Shown piece by piece: positions 19,020 to 28,538 of a stretch of DNA of 64,000 nt (positions within the stretch are counted from its first letter, which is position 1; each line of letters starts with the position of its first letter). The stretch lies in assembly GCA_038245295.1 (NCBI GenBank), contig JBBRSP010000030.1, positions 14,875 through 78,874 on the forward strand, given 5' to 3'. This DNA comes from Candidatus Binatia bacterium. GTDB taxonomy: Bacteria > Desulfobacterota > Binatia > HRBIN30. The notes below the pieces were generated by a model. That model saw only the letters and a list, made by a program, of their open reading frames with translations, ran no database searches and had not been told where the DNA came from. The position numbers were made by a program, and so were the translations under genes.

Positions 19020-19119
19020 CGACTCCTGGCAACCCTAACACGCCTTGACACCGCCAATCGGATACCTCACGCGGACCCGGAGGTTGAGGGGTTGAGGTTG
19101 TGACGAAAGGCATGGAACC

Positions 19120-21321
19120 GTGGAACTAGACTCCGCGCCGCCGCGGCTCCGCGTGGGCCATCCGGCGCGGCCTCACATCCAGGGCCTGCGCGCGATCGCT
19201 GTTGCGGTCGTGGTTGCCGGCCATCTCACGGGAAGACCGGTCGGCGCCTCACTCGGGGTTGACGTCTTCTTTGTGATCTCCGGCTACCTGATCACCGGTC
19301 AACTTCTGCGCGAGAGGGAGCTGTCCGGGCACATCTCCTTGCGCGGGTTCTACGCCCGGCGTGTCCGCCGGATCATGCCGATGGCGATCGTGGTCTTGCT
19401 GTGCACACTGATGGCCTCGTACCTGCTCCTCACCCCGGAACGGGCGGGTTCGACGCTGCTCCACTCGACGAGCGCGCTGCTGTTCGTAGAGAATTGGCGC
19501 CTGGTCGGGATCGGGCAGGACGCTCTCCGCATGACCGATTCCTATTCGCCGGTGCAGCACTATTGGTCTCTGTCCATCGAGGAGCAGTTCTACCTGATCT
19601 GGCCAATCACTCTGCTGGGTCTGATCTGGCCGGTGGGAGTCTTGGCTCGCAAAGGGACCCTGCCCGGTGACACTTCATCAATCGTTGCCGCGCCGCTGTG
19701 GTCGCGAGCTGTGGTTGTCGGTTGTCTGGCGGCCGCGATTGTTGCCTCGTTCGGCTGGGCCGCGGTGCAGTCGGCGGCGAATCCCTATGCTGCGTATCAC
19801 TCAACGTTAGCGCGGGTCTGGCAGTTGGGAGTGGGGGCGTTGCTTGCGGTTCTCGGTCCGCGGCTGGCCGAGCGCATCCCTGCCAGGAGTGCGGTTCTGC
19901 ATATCGCCCTGATGACCCTCGGTGTTGTGATCTTCACCAAGGGAGGACCAGAGGTTTTTCCGGGGCGATGGTGGTCGGTTGTTCCGGTCTGCGCCACGGC
20001 AGCCATCCTGATCAGTGGTGATGGGGCCCGAGGACCCGCCGCATGGGTGCTATCCAGCTCACCCTTCCAGTTCCTGGGGAAGATCTCTTACTCGCTCTAC
20101 CTGTGGAACCTGCCGATTGGTGTCCTCGTCTTCGCCATGTTCGGACACTCCTGGGCAACGGTCGGATTGTCCGCTGCTCTGCTGATGCTCCTGTCGGTGG
20201 TTTCCTTCCATGCCATCGAAGATCCCATCCGCCGTTCGAACTGGCTGTCCGGGAAGTTGGCGGCGACTACTGAAAGAGCCGGCCGATTGCAGCGGCCGAA
20301 CCGGGTGAGTTGGGGAATCCCCGTCGTGGCGACGGCGGTGGTACTGGCTTTCGGGTTCGGGTGGTATGCCCGCACTCTCCGGACGGTGGAACAGGCGACC
20401 AAACTTGTGGCTGCGGCAGCAAGGCCCGGCCAACCCACGAACCGGTTGGTTGGCGAGCCCATGCCGGACGGTTCGGAGTTTCTGTCGGCGCTGGAGGCAG
20501 CGCAGGGCGAGTCACTGGGGCGAACGGACTGGCCGGATCTGCGGGGCGATGAGTCATGGCCGGCGCGGTCGTTCGCGCCTCCTGACGCAAACTGTACGCT
20601 GGGGCCGTCTCAATCGGTGGTGTGCGAGTTCGCCGAACCGGGTGCGACCAAGGCCGCGCTATTGGTCGGTGACTCACAGGCGCTTGCCTGGCTGCCCGGC
20701 ATCCACGCCGCCTTGGCTACGGCGGGCTACCGATTGAGGCTCCGCGCACAGCCCGGTTGCTCGCTCCCCGACGTGCCCGTCGAGGAGCACCTCTTCCAGC
20801 GGACGCCGAATGCGACCTGTGCCGACTTCTGGCGGCAGGTGATCCAGGACACGCGAGAGGCTGCACCGGAACTGATCATCGCCACGAGCAACTTCCAGGG
20901 CTTCTCCCTGGCGCTCAGGAACAGACCTGGCGCGACGGTGGTCGACGAGTGGAAGCGGAATGTTGCGCGTGCGCTGTTGCAGTTGGGCGTATATGGCGCA
21001 CGCGTTGTCCTGCTCGACAGCCCACCGGGTGGGCGTCCGGTTGCGGACTGTAGGGCGCGGTTCACCCGACCGGGGACCTGCGAAAGCGCCCCAACCGCGG
21101 ACTACCGCCAGTTCGTGGATGCGGACTCCGCAGCTGCGGCGACTGCATCGACGGCGGCTGGGAAGGTCCGGCATGTGTCCGTCACACGCTGGTTCTGCCT
21201 GGAGGATCGATGCCCCTCATTCGTCGGCGACGTGCCGACGTACACCGATCCATGGCACTTGTCGGCGCCCTACGCACGCTTCCTCGCTCCGGAACTGCGC
21301 CAGCAGCTTGTCAGCCGTTAG
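19120..21321 (+). CDS. Acyltransferase-3 plus SGNH domain O-acetyltransferase (OafA/OatA-like)
   Basis: GLRAIAV, GVDVFFVISGYLIT, HYWSLSIEEQFY, ISYSLYLW; SGNH GDSQA and DPWH. Confidence 0.92.
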   Translation: MELDSAPPRLRVGHPARPHIQGLRAIAVAVVVAGHLTGRPVGASLGVDVFFVISGYLITGQLLRERELSGHISLRGFYARRVRRIMPMAIVVLLCTLMASYLLLTPERAGSTLLHSTSALLFVENWRLVGIGQDALRMTDSYSPVQHYWSLSIEEQFYLIWPITLLGLIWPVGVLARKGTLPGDTSSIVAAPLWSRAVVVGCLAAAIVASFGWAAVQSAANPYAAYHSTLARVWQLGVGALLAVLGPRLAERIPARSAVLHIALMTLGVVIFTKGGPEVFPGRWWSVVPVCATAAILISGDGARGPAAWVLSSSPFQFLGKISYSLYLWNLPIGVLVFAMFGHSWATVGLSAALLMLLSVVSFHAIEDPIRRSNWLSGKLAATTERAGRLQRPNRVSWGIPVVATAVVLAFGFGWYARTLRTVEQATKLVAAAARPGQPTNRLVGEPMPDGSEFLSALEAAQGESLGRTDWPDLRGDESWPARSFAPPDANCTLGPSQSVVCEFAEPGATKAALLVGDSQALAWLPGIHAALATAGYRLRLRAQPGCSLPDVPVEEHLFQRTPNATCADFWRQVIQDTREAAPELIIATSNFQGFSLALRNRPGATVVDEWKRNVARALLQLGVYGARVVLLDSPPGGRPVADCRARFTRPGTCESAPTADYRQFVDADSAAAATASTAAGKVRHVSVTRWFCLEDRCPSFVGDVPTYTDPWHLSAPYARFLAPELRQQLVSR

Positions 21322-21331
21322 ACTGACGCGT

Positions 21332-23998
21332 TTAGGACGCCGACAGAGCGGCGATGTGCTTTTGCAACGTGAGAGTGCGCTCGCGCAGCGTGGCGGCCTT
21401 CTGTTTTTCCTTGTCGACGATATCGGCAGGAGCCTTGTCGACAAAGTCTGGGCGCGAGAGTTTGGCTTCGACGGCGCCGATCTCTTTGGTGATCTTGGCC
21501 AGATCTTTTTCCAGGCGCGCGCGGACTTCGGCTGAATCGACGAGGCCTTTGAGCGGGACGAAGAGCTCACCGAAGCCGCTGACCAGAGTCGACGGCTCGC
21601 CACTCGGGTGAGCGTTGGTGTCGATCAGTTCTACCTTGTCCACGCGCGCCAGCACTTTGAGCAGCGGCGTGAACTCTTCGATGCGCGCGACGTCGCCACG
21701 CGGCGCGATGCGCAAGGTCAGCTCAGTTTGCGGCGGTAGGCCGATGTCGGAGCGGATGTTGCGGATCGCACGCACGGCGTCGGTAAGGTGGCCGATTGCT
21801 TCTTCGGCGCCAGCGTCACGGTAACGATCGTCGCTTTGCGGGTAGGGCGCCACCATGATGCTGTCGCCCGGGCGTGTTACCGGCAGATGTTGCCAGATCT
21901 CTTCGGTGACGAACGGCATGATCGGGTGCAGCAGGCGCAGGGTTTGTTCGAGGACATGCGCCAGAACAACCTGGGTCGTGGTGATGCGCTCCTGCGCGCC
22001 GCTGGCAAAGGGCAGCTTGCTGAGCTCGACGTACCAATCACAGTACTCGTGCCAGAAGAACGCATAGAGGGTCATCGCCGCGTCGTTGAAGCGGAAGGTG
22101 TCGAGCGACTGGCGGACCTCGTTGGTGACGGTCTGCAACCGCGACAGGATCCAGCGATCGGGGAGCGACAGGTCGCCAAGACTGATGACCTCGATCGACG
22201 GCAAGACTTCGGTTTCGCGCCGCTCCAGGTTCATCAGCACGAACCGAGCGGCGTTCCAAATCTTGTTGGCGAAGTGGCGGCCGACGTCGGTCTTCTCCAA
22301 CGAGTAGCGCACGTCTTCGCCGGGTGGCGCCGAGGAGATGATGGTGAAGCGCAGCGCGTCGGCGCCGTATTTCTCGATCACGTCGAGCGGGTCGGGCGAG
22401 TTGCCGAGCGACTTCGACATTTTGCGACCCTGCATGTCGCGCACGATGCTGTTGAAGCAGACACGGTTGAACGGGCTCTCGCCCATGAACTCGTATCCGG
22501 CCATCACCATCCGGGCGACCCAGAAGAAGATGATGTCGGCGGCGGTGATGAGTGTGTCGGTTGGATAGAAACGCTTCAGCGAAGGCGTCTCTTCCGGCCA
22601 GCCCATCGTCGAGAACGGCCACAGCCAGGAACTGAACCAGGTGTCGAGCACGTCGTTGTCTTGCTCGATCGTGGCGCTGCCGCAGTGACTGCAGGCGGTC
22701 GGATCAACGCGTGCCACGGTCTCTTTGCCGCAGGTGCTGCAATGCCAAACCGGGACACGATGACCCCACCAAAGTTGGCGGCTGATGCACCAGTCGCGGA
22801 TGTTCTCGAGCCAGTGGACGTAAACGCCGATCCAGCGTTCCGGGTTGATCTCCAGAGCACCCGAACGCACGGCTTCGAGAGCCGGCTTGGCGAGTGGCTC
22901 CATCGAGACGAACCACTGCTTCGACATGTAGGGCTCGATCACCGTGTTGCAGCGCTCGCAGCGACGCACAGGGACGCGGTACGGATCGGTCTTGACCAGG
23001 AGCTCCTGCGCTTCGAGGTCGGCAACGATCCGTTTGCGCGCCGCGAATCTCTCGAGACCGGCGTACGCGCCACCCTCATCGGTGATGTGGCCGTCGGTCG
23101 TCATGATCACCGGCGCTGGGAGGTTGTGACGCTTGCCGGTTTCGAAGTCGTTGGCATCGTGTGCCGGCGTCACCTTGACCGCGCCGGTGCCGAAGGCCGG
23201 GTCCACCGACGTGTCGGCGACCACCGGAATCGGCCGCTTCAGTAAAGGCAGGATGACGTTTTTGCCGATCAGGTGCTGATAGCGCGGGTCGTCGGGATGA
23301 ACCGCGACACCGGTGTCGCCCAGCATCGTCTCCGGTCGCGTCGTGGCGACCACCACTCCCTCGCCGCCGTCTTCGGCGGGATAACGAATGTGCCACAGGT
23401 GGCCGCTCTCACCACCTTCGACGGTTACCGCTTCCTCATCGGAGAGGGCCGTCAGGCAACGCACGCACCAATGGATGATACGCTCGCCGCGGTAGATCAG
23501 ACCTTTTTCGTAGAGGCGGACGAAGACTTCACGAACGGCGTGCGACAGACCCGGGTCCATGGTGAAGCGCTCGCGACGCCAATCGCACGATGAACCTAAC
23601 TTGCGCAGTTGGCGCAGGATGGTGCTGCCGTATTTTTCCTTCCAGGCCCAGACGCGGCGTTGGAACTCTTCGCGGCCGAGATCGTGCCGTGAGATGCCCT
23701 CCTTGGCGAGTTGCTTCTCGACCACGTTCTGCGTGGCGATTCCGGCATGATCGGTGCCCGGCAACCATAGCGTGACGAAGCCGTCCATGCGTTTGTAGCG
23801 CACCAGGGTGTCTTGCAGGCTGTTGTTGAGCACGTGCCCCATGGTGAGCACGCCGGTCACGTTGGGCGGCGGGATGACGATGCTGAAGCGCGGGCCGGGT
23901 TTGGTTTCGTCGGCGAAGAAGTAGCCGCGTTCGTCCCAGAACGCGTACCATTTGTCTTCCACTTCGGCTGGATCGTAGGTTTTGCTGAGTTCGCTCAT
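21332..23998 (-). CDS. valS: Valine--tRNA ligase
   Basis: [43 protein letters not shown]-terminal coiled coil. Confidence 0.97.
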   Translation of the reverse strand: MSELSKTYDPAEVEDKWYAFWDERGYFFADETKPGPRFSIVIPPPNVTGVLTMGHVLNNSLQDTLVRYKRMDGFVTLWLPGTDHAGIATQNVVEKQLAKEGISRHDLGREEFQRRVWAWKEKYGSTILRQLRKLGSSCDWRRERFTMDPGLSHAVREVFVRLYEKGLIYRGERIIHWCVRCLTALSDEEAVTVEGGESGHLWHIRYPAEDGGEGVVVATTRPETMLGDTGVAVHPDDPRYQHLIGKNVILPLLKRPIPVVADTSVDPAFGTGAVKVTPAHDANDFETGKRHNLPAPVIMTTDGHITDEGGAYAGLERFAARKRIVADLEAQELLVKTDPYRVPVRRCERCNTVIEPYMSKQWFVSMEPLAKPALEAVRSGALEINPERWIGVYVHWLENIRDWCISRQLWWGHRVPVWHCSTCGKETVARVDPTACSHCGSATIEQDNDVLDTWFSSWLWPFSTMGWPEETPSLKRFYPTDTLITAADIIFFWVARMVMAGYEFMGESPFNRVCFNSIVRDMQGRKMSKSLGNSPDPLDVIEKYGADALRFTIISSAPPGEDVRYSLEKTDVGRHFANKIWNAARFVLMNLERRETEVLPSIEVISLGDLSLPDRWILSRLQTVTNEVRQSLDTFRFNDAAMTLYAFFWHEYCDWYVELSKLPFASGAQERITTTQVVLAHVLEQTLRLLHPIMPFVTEEIWQHLPVTRPGDSIMVAPYPQSDDRYRDAGAEEAIGHLTDAVRAIRNIRSDIGLPPQTELTLRIAPRGDVARIEEFTPLLKVLARVDKVELIDTNAHPSGEPSTLVSGFGELFVPLKGLVDSAEVRARLEKDLAKITKEIGAVEAKLSRPDFVDKAPADIVDKEKQKAATLRERTLTLQKHIAALSAS

Positions 23999-24099
23999 GC
24001 GTTTAGGGCCGTGTTGTACGATTCGGAGCGCTAACAAAAAGTTCCTCGCTGGCGCAACCCTAGAGGGTAGAGCCCCGGCCCGCGTGCTAGATCTTCAGA

Positions 24100-25500
24100 G
24101 TGCGTCGTCGACTGACTCTGTGGATTTCCGGTGCCGGCGTGGTCCTGTGCGTCCTTGCCCTGTGGCTACTCGTTCCGTTGGGTTCAAAGCGTCCCAACTT
24201 CATTTTCTTGATGATCGATACCCTGCGCGCCGATGCTCCCGGGTGGGCGCGCGATGATCCCAGGCGCAGTCCGTTCCTCACTCAACTCGCGGCCCGGGCA
24301 ACGCGCTTCACGCGAGCCTACTCGCCGTCGTCGTGGACGGCCCCGGCCGTGGCCTCCCTCCTGACCTCGCGATATCAATCGCAACACGCGATTAGGCGCT
24401 TCGACTCCATCCTGGCCGAGGCGGAAGTGACGCTTCCGGAGGCATTACGGCAGGCGGGGTACCACACCGCCGGCTTCACCACCAACATTCTTACCGCGCC
24501 GGCGCTTGGCTACGGCCAAGGGTTCGAGGTGTACGACTATCTCGCGCCGGCTACGGCGGCGGATGGAGGACAATCGAAAGGGCGCGCTGCTTCGTTGCAC
24601 GCGCGGGCGCTGTCGTGGTTCGATGCGGCGCCGGCCACGACCGAGCCGTTCTTCCTCTACCTGCACTACCTGGACGTGCACGTGCCGTTACATCCGAGCC
24701 CAGCGGCCCTGGACGCGGCGCGTCAGCTGGCGCGTCCGCGCGACATCGCCGGGATCGATGCGAGTAGGCTCGCGCAGATCGATCCTGTGACGCAAGCCGC
24801 ATGTGACGTACGCGATCTCTATGCTGGCGAGCTCATCGACCTCGACCGCGAGATCGAAGCATTTCTTCGCACTCTCGAGCAGCGCGGCCTGTTGCGCAAC
24901 ACGGTGATCGTCTTGGTCTCCGATCACGGCGAGGAATTTCTCGAACACGGCGAACTCGGCCACGGTCTGACGCTGTTCGACGAAGTATTGCGTGTCCCCT
25001 TGGTGATTTCGATTCCGGGAGACACCTCGGGTGCCGTCGTGAACCGTATCACCTCGACCATCGATCTCGCGCCGACCATCCTGGATCTCAGCGGGGTGGA
25101 ACCGACCGTGAGTTTTGAAGGTAGCTCGTTGCGCCGGATTTTGGGCGGCGGACTGCGTGCTTCCATCTGGCGAGTGCTCGATGGCACGTGGGGGGACTCG
25201 AAGGCGTATGCCGAGTTACTCGAGATTTGTTGGACCAACCAGCCGGCGCATCAGCATGCCGCGTTGATCACCGATGCCGTGAAGGTTCTCGATGTTGGTG
25301 ATCACGAGAGTCTGGCGTACGACCTGACCGTAGATCCGAGGGAACAGCGTCCGCTTGCCGCAGCCGACTCGCGGGCCGTGGCGGCGCGAGCAGATCTCGA
25401 TGCGCGGCGCGGCAAGTTAACCAACCTGGCTGCGTCGCCAACACGCCAAATCGATCCCGAAACGCGTGAGCGTATGCGTGCAATCGGCTACGGTCTTTAA
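24100..25500 (+). CDS. Sulfatase-like (alkaline phosphatase superfamily) protein with N-terminal TM helix
   Basis: RPNFIFLMIDTLRAD, SSWTAPAVASLLT, SDHGEEFLEHG, C-terminal RMRAIGY. Confidence 0.88.
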   Translation: MRRRLTLWISGAGVVLCVLALWLLVPLGSKRPNFIFLMIDTLRADAPGWARDDPRRSPFLTQLAARATRFTRAYSPSSWTAPAVASLLTSRYQSQHAIRRFDSILAEAEVTLPEALRQAGYHTAGFTTNILTAPALGYGQGFEVYDYLAPATAADGGQSKGRAASLHARALSWFDAAPATTEPFFLYLHYLDVHVPLHPSPAALDAARQLARPRDIAGIDASRLAQIDPVTQAACDVRDLYAGELIDLDREIEAFLRTLEQRGLLRNTVIVLVSDHGEEFLEHGELGHGLTLFDEVLRVPLVISIPGDTSGAVVNRITSTIDLAPTILDLSGVEPTVSFEGSSLRRILGGGLRASIWRVLDGTWGDSKAYAELLEICWTNQPAHQHAALITDAVKVLDVGDHESLAYDLTVDPREQRPLAAADSRAVAARADLDARRGKLTNLAASPTRQIDPETRERMRAIGYGL

Positions 25501-25511
25501 TTTAGTCTGTA

Positions 25512-25533
25512 TTTGTCCGGACAAAGGTTGACA
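25512..25533 (+). promoter_or_regulatory. 14-bp palindrome next to a TTGACA -35 box (candidate CarH-like operator/promoter)
   Basis: TTTGTCCGGACAAA (25512-25525) and TTGACA (25528-25533). Confidence 0.5.
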
Positions 25534-25563
25534 GTTGGCCCGCATCGTCCTAGATAGAGTTTC

Positions 25564-26544
25564 GTGTCGAGTTCTCGAAATCAGTCTGAAGCCGGCAAGC
25601 ATGAGGGTGGAAGCAACCCCGGGTTTCCGGTGCGAACCGTGTCGCGCCTGACGGGCCTGACGCCCGATGTGATTCGCGTTTGGGAGAAGCGGTATGAGGT
25701 TGTGGCGCCGGTTCGTGGACCGCGCGGAGCCCGCCTCTACTCCTCGGCCGACGTGGCTCGCTTGCGTCTGCTGGGGCAGATCGTCGCGGGTGGCCATTCG
25801 ATCGGCGACATCGCGCATCTGCCCGCTGCCGAGTTGGAGCAGTTGCTCAGTCCGGCCTATCGAGGGCGCGAACAGGCGGCGACCAGCCCGCATCCGGCCA
25901 GCGCACACTCGGATCTGACGTCGCAGATCCTGACGGCGGCCAAGCGCTTCGACGCGACGCTGATCGAGCGCCTTCTCGGTGACGCATTGGTGGCATCTGG
26001 GGTGCGGCGTTTCACCCGTGAAGTCGTGGCGCCACTCCTCACCGCCGTCGGTGCGGGGTGGAGTCGAAGCGAAGTGATGGTTGCCGAGGAGCATCTGATC
26101 TCCAGCATCGTGCGACAACTCCTGCTGGGGCTGATTCGCCTGCGGGCACGGTCGGATGCGCCGCTGGTTCTGTTGACGACGCCAGCCGGCGATCCGCACG
26201 AATTCGGGATGATGTTGGCAACGCTGACGCTTCTCGATTGCGGCATCAACGTCTCGTATCTCGGCGTCGGCCTGCCGGCCGTGGAGATCGCCCACGCGGC
26301 GCACGCCACAAAATCCGCAGTCGTTGCCCTCAGTGTTGTGGACGCCAACAATCGACCGCAAGCCGTGCAACAGATCCAAGATCTCGAACTGCATCTCCCT
26401 GAGCGGACCGAGATCTGGCTGGGAGGCCGCGACGCGAGTCCCACGCGCGACAGCCTGGTCCACAGCCGAGCCATCATCTTGACCGACCTGGACTCCATCG
26501 AAGTGCAAGCCGGCCGACTGTTGCGGGAGGCGATTTCGGCATGA
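25564..26544 (+). CDS. MerR-family cobalamin-binding regulator (CarH/LitR-like photoreceptor)
   Basis: MerR HTH (IRVWEKRY...RLYS), W-x9-EH (WSRSEVMVAEEH), DPHEFG B12 motif, YLG, IWLGG. Start position uncertain. Confidence 0.9.
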   Translation: MSSSRNQSEAGKHEGGSNPGFPVRTVSRLTGLTPDVIRVWEKRYEVVAPVRGPRGARLYSSADVARLRLLGQIVAGGHSIGDIAHLPAAELEQLLSPAYRGREQAATSPHPASAHSDLTSQILTAAKRFDATLIERLLGDALVASGVRRFTREVVAPLLTAVGAGWSRSEVMVAEEHLISSIVRQLLLGLIRLRARSDAPLVLLTTPAGDPHEFGMMLATLTLLDCGINVSYLGVGLPAVEIAHAAHATKSAVVALSVVDANNRPQAVQQIQDLELHLPERTEIWLGGRDASPTRDSLVHSRAIILTDLDSIEVQAGRLLREAISA

Positions 26545-26569
26545 ACGACGCTTTCAGAAAGGATCGATC

Positions 26570-26947
26570 ATGAATCCCCTGGTCAATCAGAGTGAGAAGA
26601 CTGACGCCAGCGTCATCGAGCATTTCCTCGCCAGCGGCGAAATGCTGCCGTCGCAATTGCCGTCACCGTCCAATTGGACGCCGGAGAAGAAGCTCGCGGC
26701 GGCTGTCTTGACCTCGGCGCTCGTTGAACTGCGCGATCGCCATGCCGACGCTGCCTACCAACGGCGAATTCGCGAAGACCTAGATTGGGTCTTCTCCGAA
26801 GAGGTACATTGGCCCTATTCTTTCATTCGTCTCTGTCAGCTGTTCGGTCTCGAGCCCGAATATGTTCGCAACGTCGTAAACCGCTGGATGCGATCACCAG
26901 CCCCACGGGTTTACCGACAGTGCTCGGCGCATCGTCATGCCGCGTGA
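26570..26947 (+). CDS. Hypothetical protein
   Basis: AAGGA RBS; PEKKLAAAVL...WVFS...WPYSFIRLCQLFGLEPEYVR. Confidence 0.8.
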   Translation: MNPLVNQSEKTDASVIEHFLASGEMLPSQLPSPSNWTPEKKLAAAVLTSALVELRDRHADAAYQRRIREDLDWVFSEEVHWPYSFIRLCQLFGLEPEYVRNVVNRWMRSPAPRVYRQCSAHRHAA

Positions 26948-26971
26948 CGACGTCGGGCGTGGAGGAGCGCC

Positions 26972-28390
26972 ATGAATGTTCTAGTCACGGGAGCGACGGG
27001 ATTTGTCGGCAAGCCCCTGGTGCGTCGCTTGATGAAGGCTGGTCATACGGTAACGGTGTTGACGCGCGATCCGCGGCGCGCCGCCAAGCTGCTCCCGGCG
27101 CGCGTTCGCTGCGAGCGCTGGGAGCCAGGTCGCGACGGCTTGGACGAGAACCTTTTGAAGGGCATGGACGCTGTCGTCCACCTCGCCGGTGAGGGTGTTG
27201 CGGATGCGCGGTGGAGCGAAGCGCGTAAGCGCGCCATCGTGGCGTCGCGCGTCGACAGCACACGCGCCATTGTCGACGCGGTCGCCAAGTTGCCAGCCGC
27301 GGAGCGCCCGCGTTGTCTGGTGTCGACCTCGGCGATCGGCATCTATGGCGATCGCGGTGATGAACGGCTCGAAGAGAGCTCGTCGAATGGCGAAGGTTTT
27401 CTCGCCGATGTGTGCGTCGCCTGGGAATCCGAGGCGCAAGCGGCGGTTCGTCTGGGAGTGCGAACCGTGATCATCCGTGTCGGTATCGTGTTGGGTTCGC
27501 AAGGTGGAGCGCTGGCCAAGATGCTGCCGCCGTTTCGACTCGGTGCCGGCGGCCGGCTCGGAGCCGGTAACCAATGGATGAGTTGGATACACATCGACGA
27601 TCTGGTTGAGCTGTTTGCTCTCGCGGTCGAGAACGAGGCGGTGAGTGGCGTCTTGAACGGCACCGCTCCGCATCCGGTGACCAACAGCGAGTTCACCACG
27701 GTCCTCGGTGCGACACTCGGGCGTCCCGTCTTGCTGCCGGCACCAGCCGCGGCGCTCAAACTCGCGCTAGGTGAGATGTCGATCATCTTGCTCGCCAGTC
27801 AGCGCGTCTACCCCGCACGTCCGGGCACGTTCGGCTTCCGCTTCCGGTATTCCGAGCTGAGCGCCGCCCTGGCCAACCTTCTCGCAACCGCGGACAAGAT
27901 CTTCGAACGCGAACAGTGGGTGCCGCACCCCCTCGCCGATGTATTCGCGTTCTTTTCGGACGCCCACAATCTCGAAGCCCTGACGCCGGAGTTCCTACAC
28001 TTCAAAGTTCTCAGCACATCGACCGCCGCCCTGGGCGAGGGCACACTCATCAACTACCGGCTGTCTCTGCACGGCCTGCCGATGCACTGGCAGAGCCGCA
28101 TCGAAGAGTGGCAGCCGGGGAAAAAGTTCGTCGACCAACAGATCAAGGGACCCTACAGCTTGTGGCAGCACACTCATGAGTTCGAAGCGGTCGACGGTGG
28201 CACCTTGATTCGCGATCGCGTGCGGTATCGCCTTCCGCTTGGGGCTCTGGGTGATCTCGTCGCCGGCGGCTTTGTTGGCAACGACCTCGAGCGCATCTTC
28301 GACTATCGATATGCGACCATCGCCGAGCGTTTTGGAGCGCGTTCTGCGGAGAACAAACACGATGCGCCCTCTGTGCGGCGGGCCTCGTGA
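26972..28390 (+). CDS. TIGR01777/YfcH-like epimerase fused to a C-terminal SRPBCC domain
   Basis: TGATGFVG, HLAGE, SAIGIYG, SWIHIDD; C-terminal FFSDAHNL...FVDQQIKGPYSLWQHTHEF...FDYR. Confidence 0.9.
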   Translation: MNVLVTGATGFVGKPLVRRLMKAGHTVTVLTRDPRRAAKLLPARVRCERWEPGRDGLDENLLKGMDAVVHLAGEGVADARWSEARKRAIVASRVDSTRAIVDAVAKLPAAERPRCLVSTSAIGIYGDRGDERLEESSSNGEGFLADVCVAWESEAQAAVRLGVRTVIIRVGIVLGSQGGALAKMLPPFRLGAGGRLGAGNQWMSWIHIDDLVELFALAVENEAVSGVLNGTAPHPVTNSEFTTVLGATLGRPVLLPAPAAALKLALGEMSIILLASQRVYPARPGTFGFRFRYSELSAALANLLATADKIFEREQWVPHPLADVFAFFSDAHNLEALTPEFLHFKVLSTSTAALGEGTLINYRLSLHGLPMHWQSRIEEWQPGKKFVDQQIKGPYSLWQHTHEFEAVDGGTLIRDRVRYRLPLGALGDLVAGGFVGNDLERIFDYRYATIAERFGARSAENKHDAPSVRRAS

Positions 28391-28405
28391 GCAGCGGCAC
28401 CCCGA

Positions 28406-28447
28406 CCCTCTCCCAGCGGCTGCGAATTCGTTTGAGCTGGGAGAGGG
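28406..28447. repeat. CCCTCTCCC-type palindromic repeat/hairpin
   Basis: CCCTCTCCCAGC ... GCTGGGAGAGGG (12-bp inverted repeat). Confidence 0.6.
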
Positions 28448-28538
28448 AGCGCCTCGCGAACTCCGAAAGCGCAGAGCTAGAGGTTGTGAACAAAGGGGCG
28501 CTCTTGAACGTTGGTGCAAAGGCAATCAGGAAGGCGAC

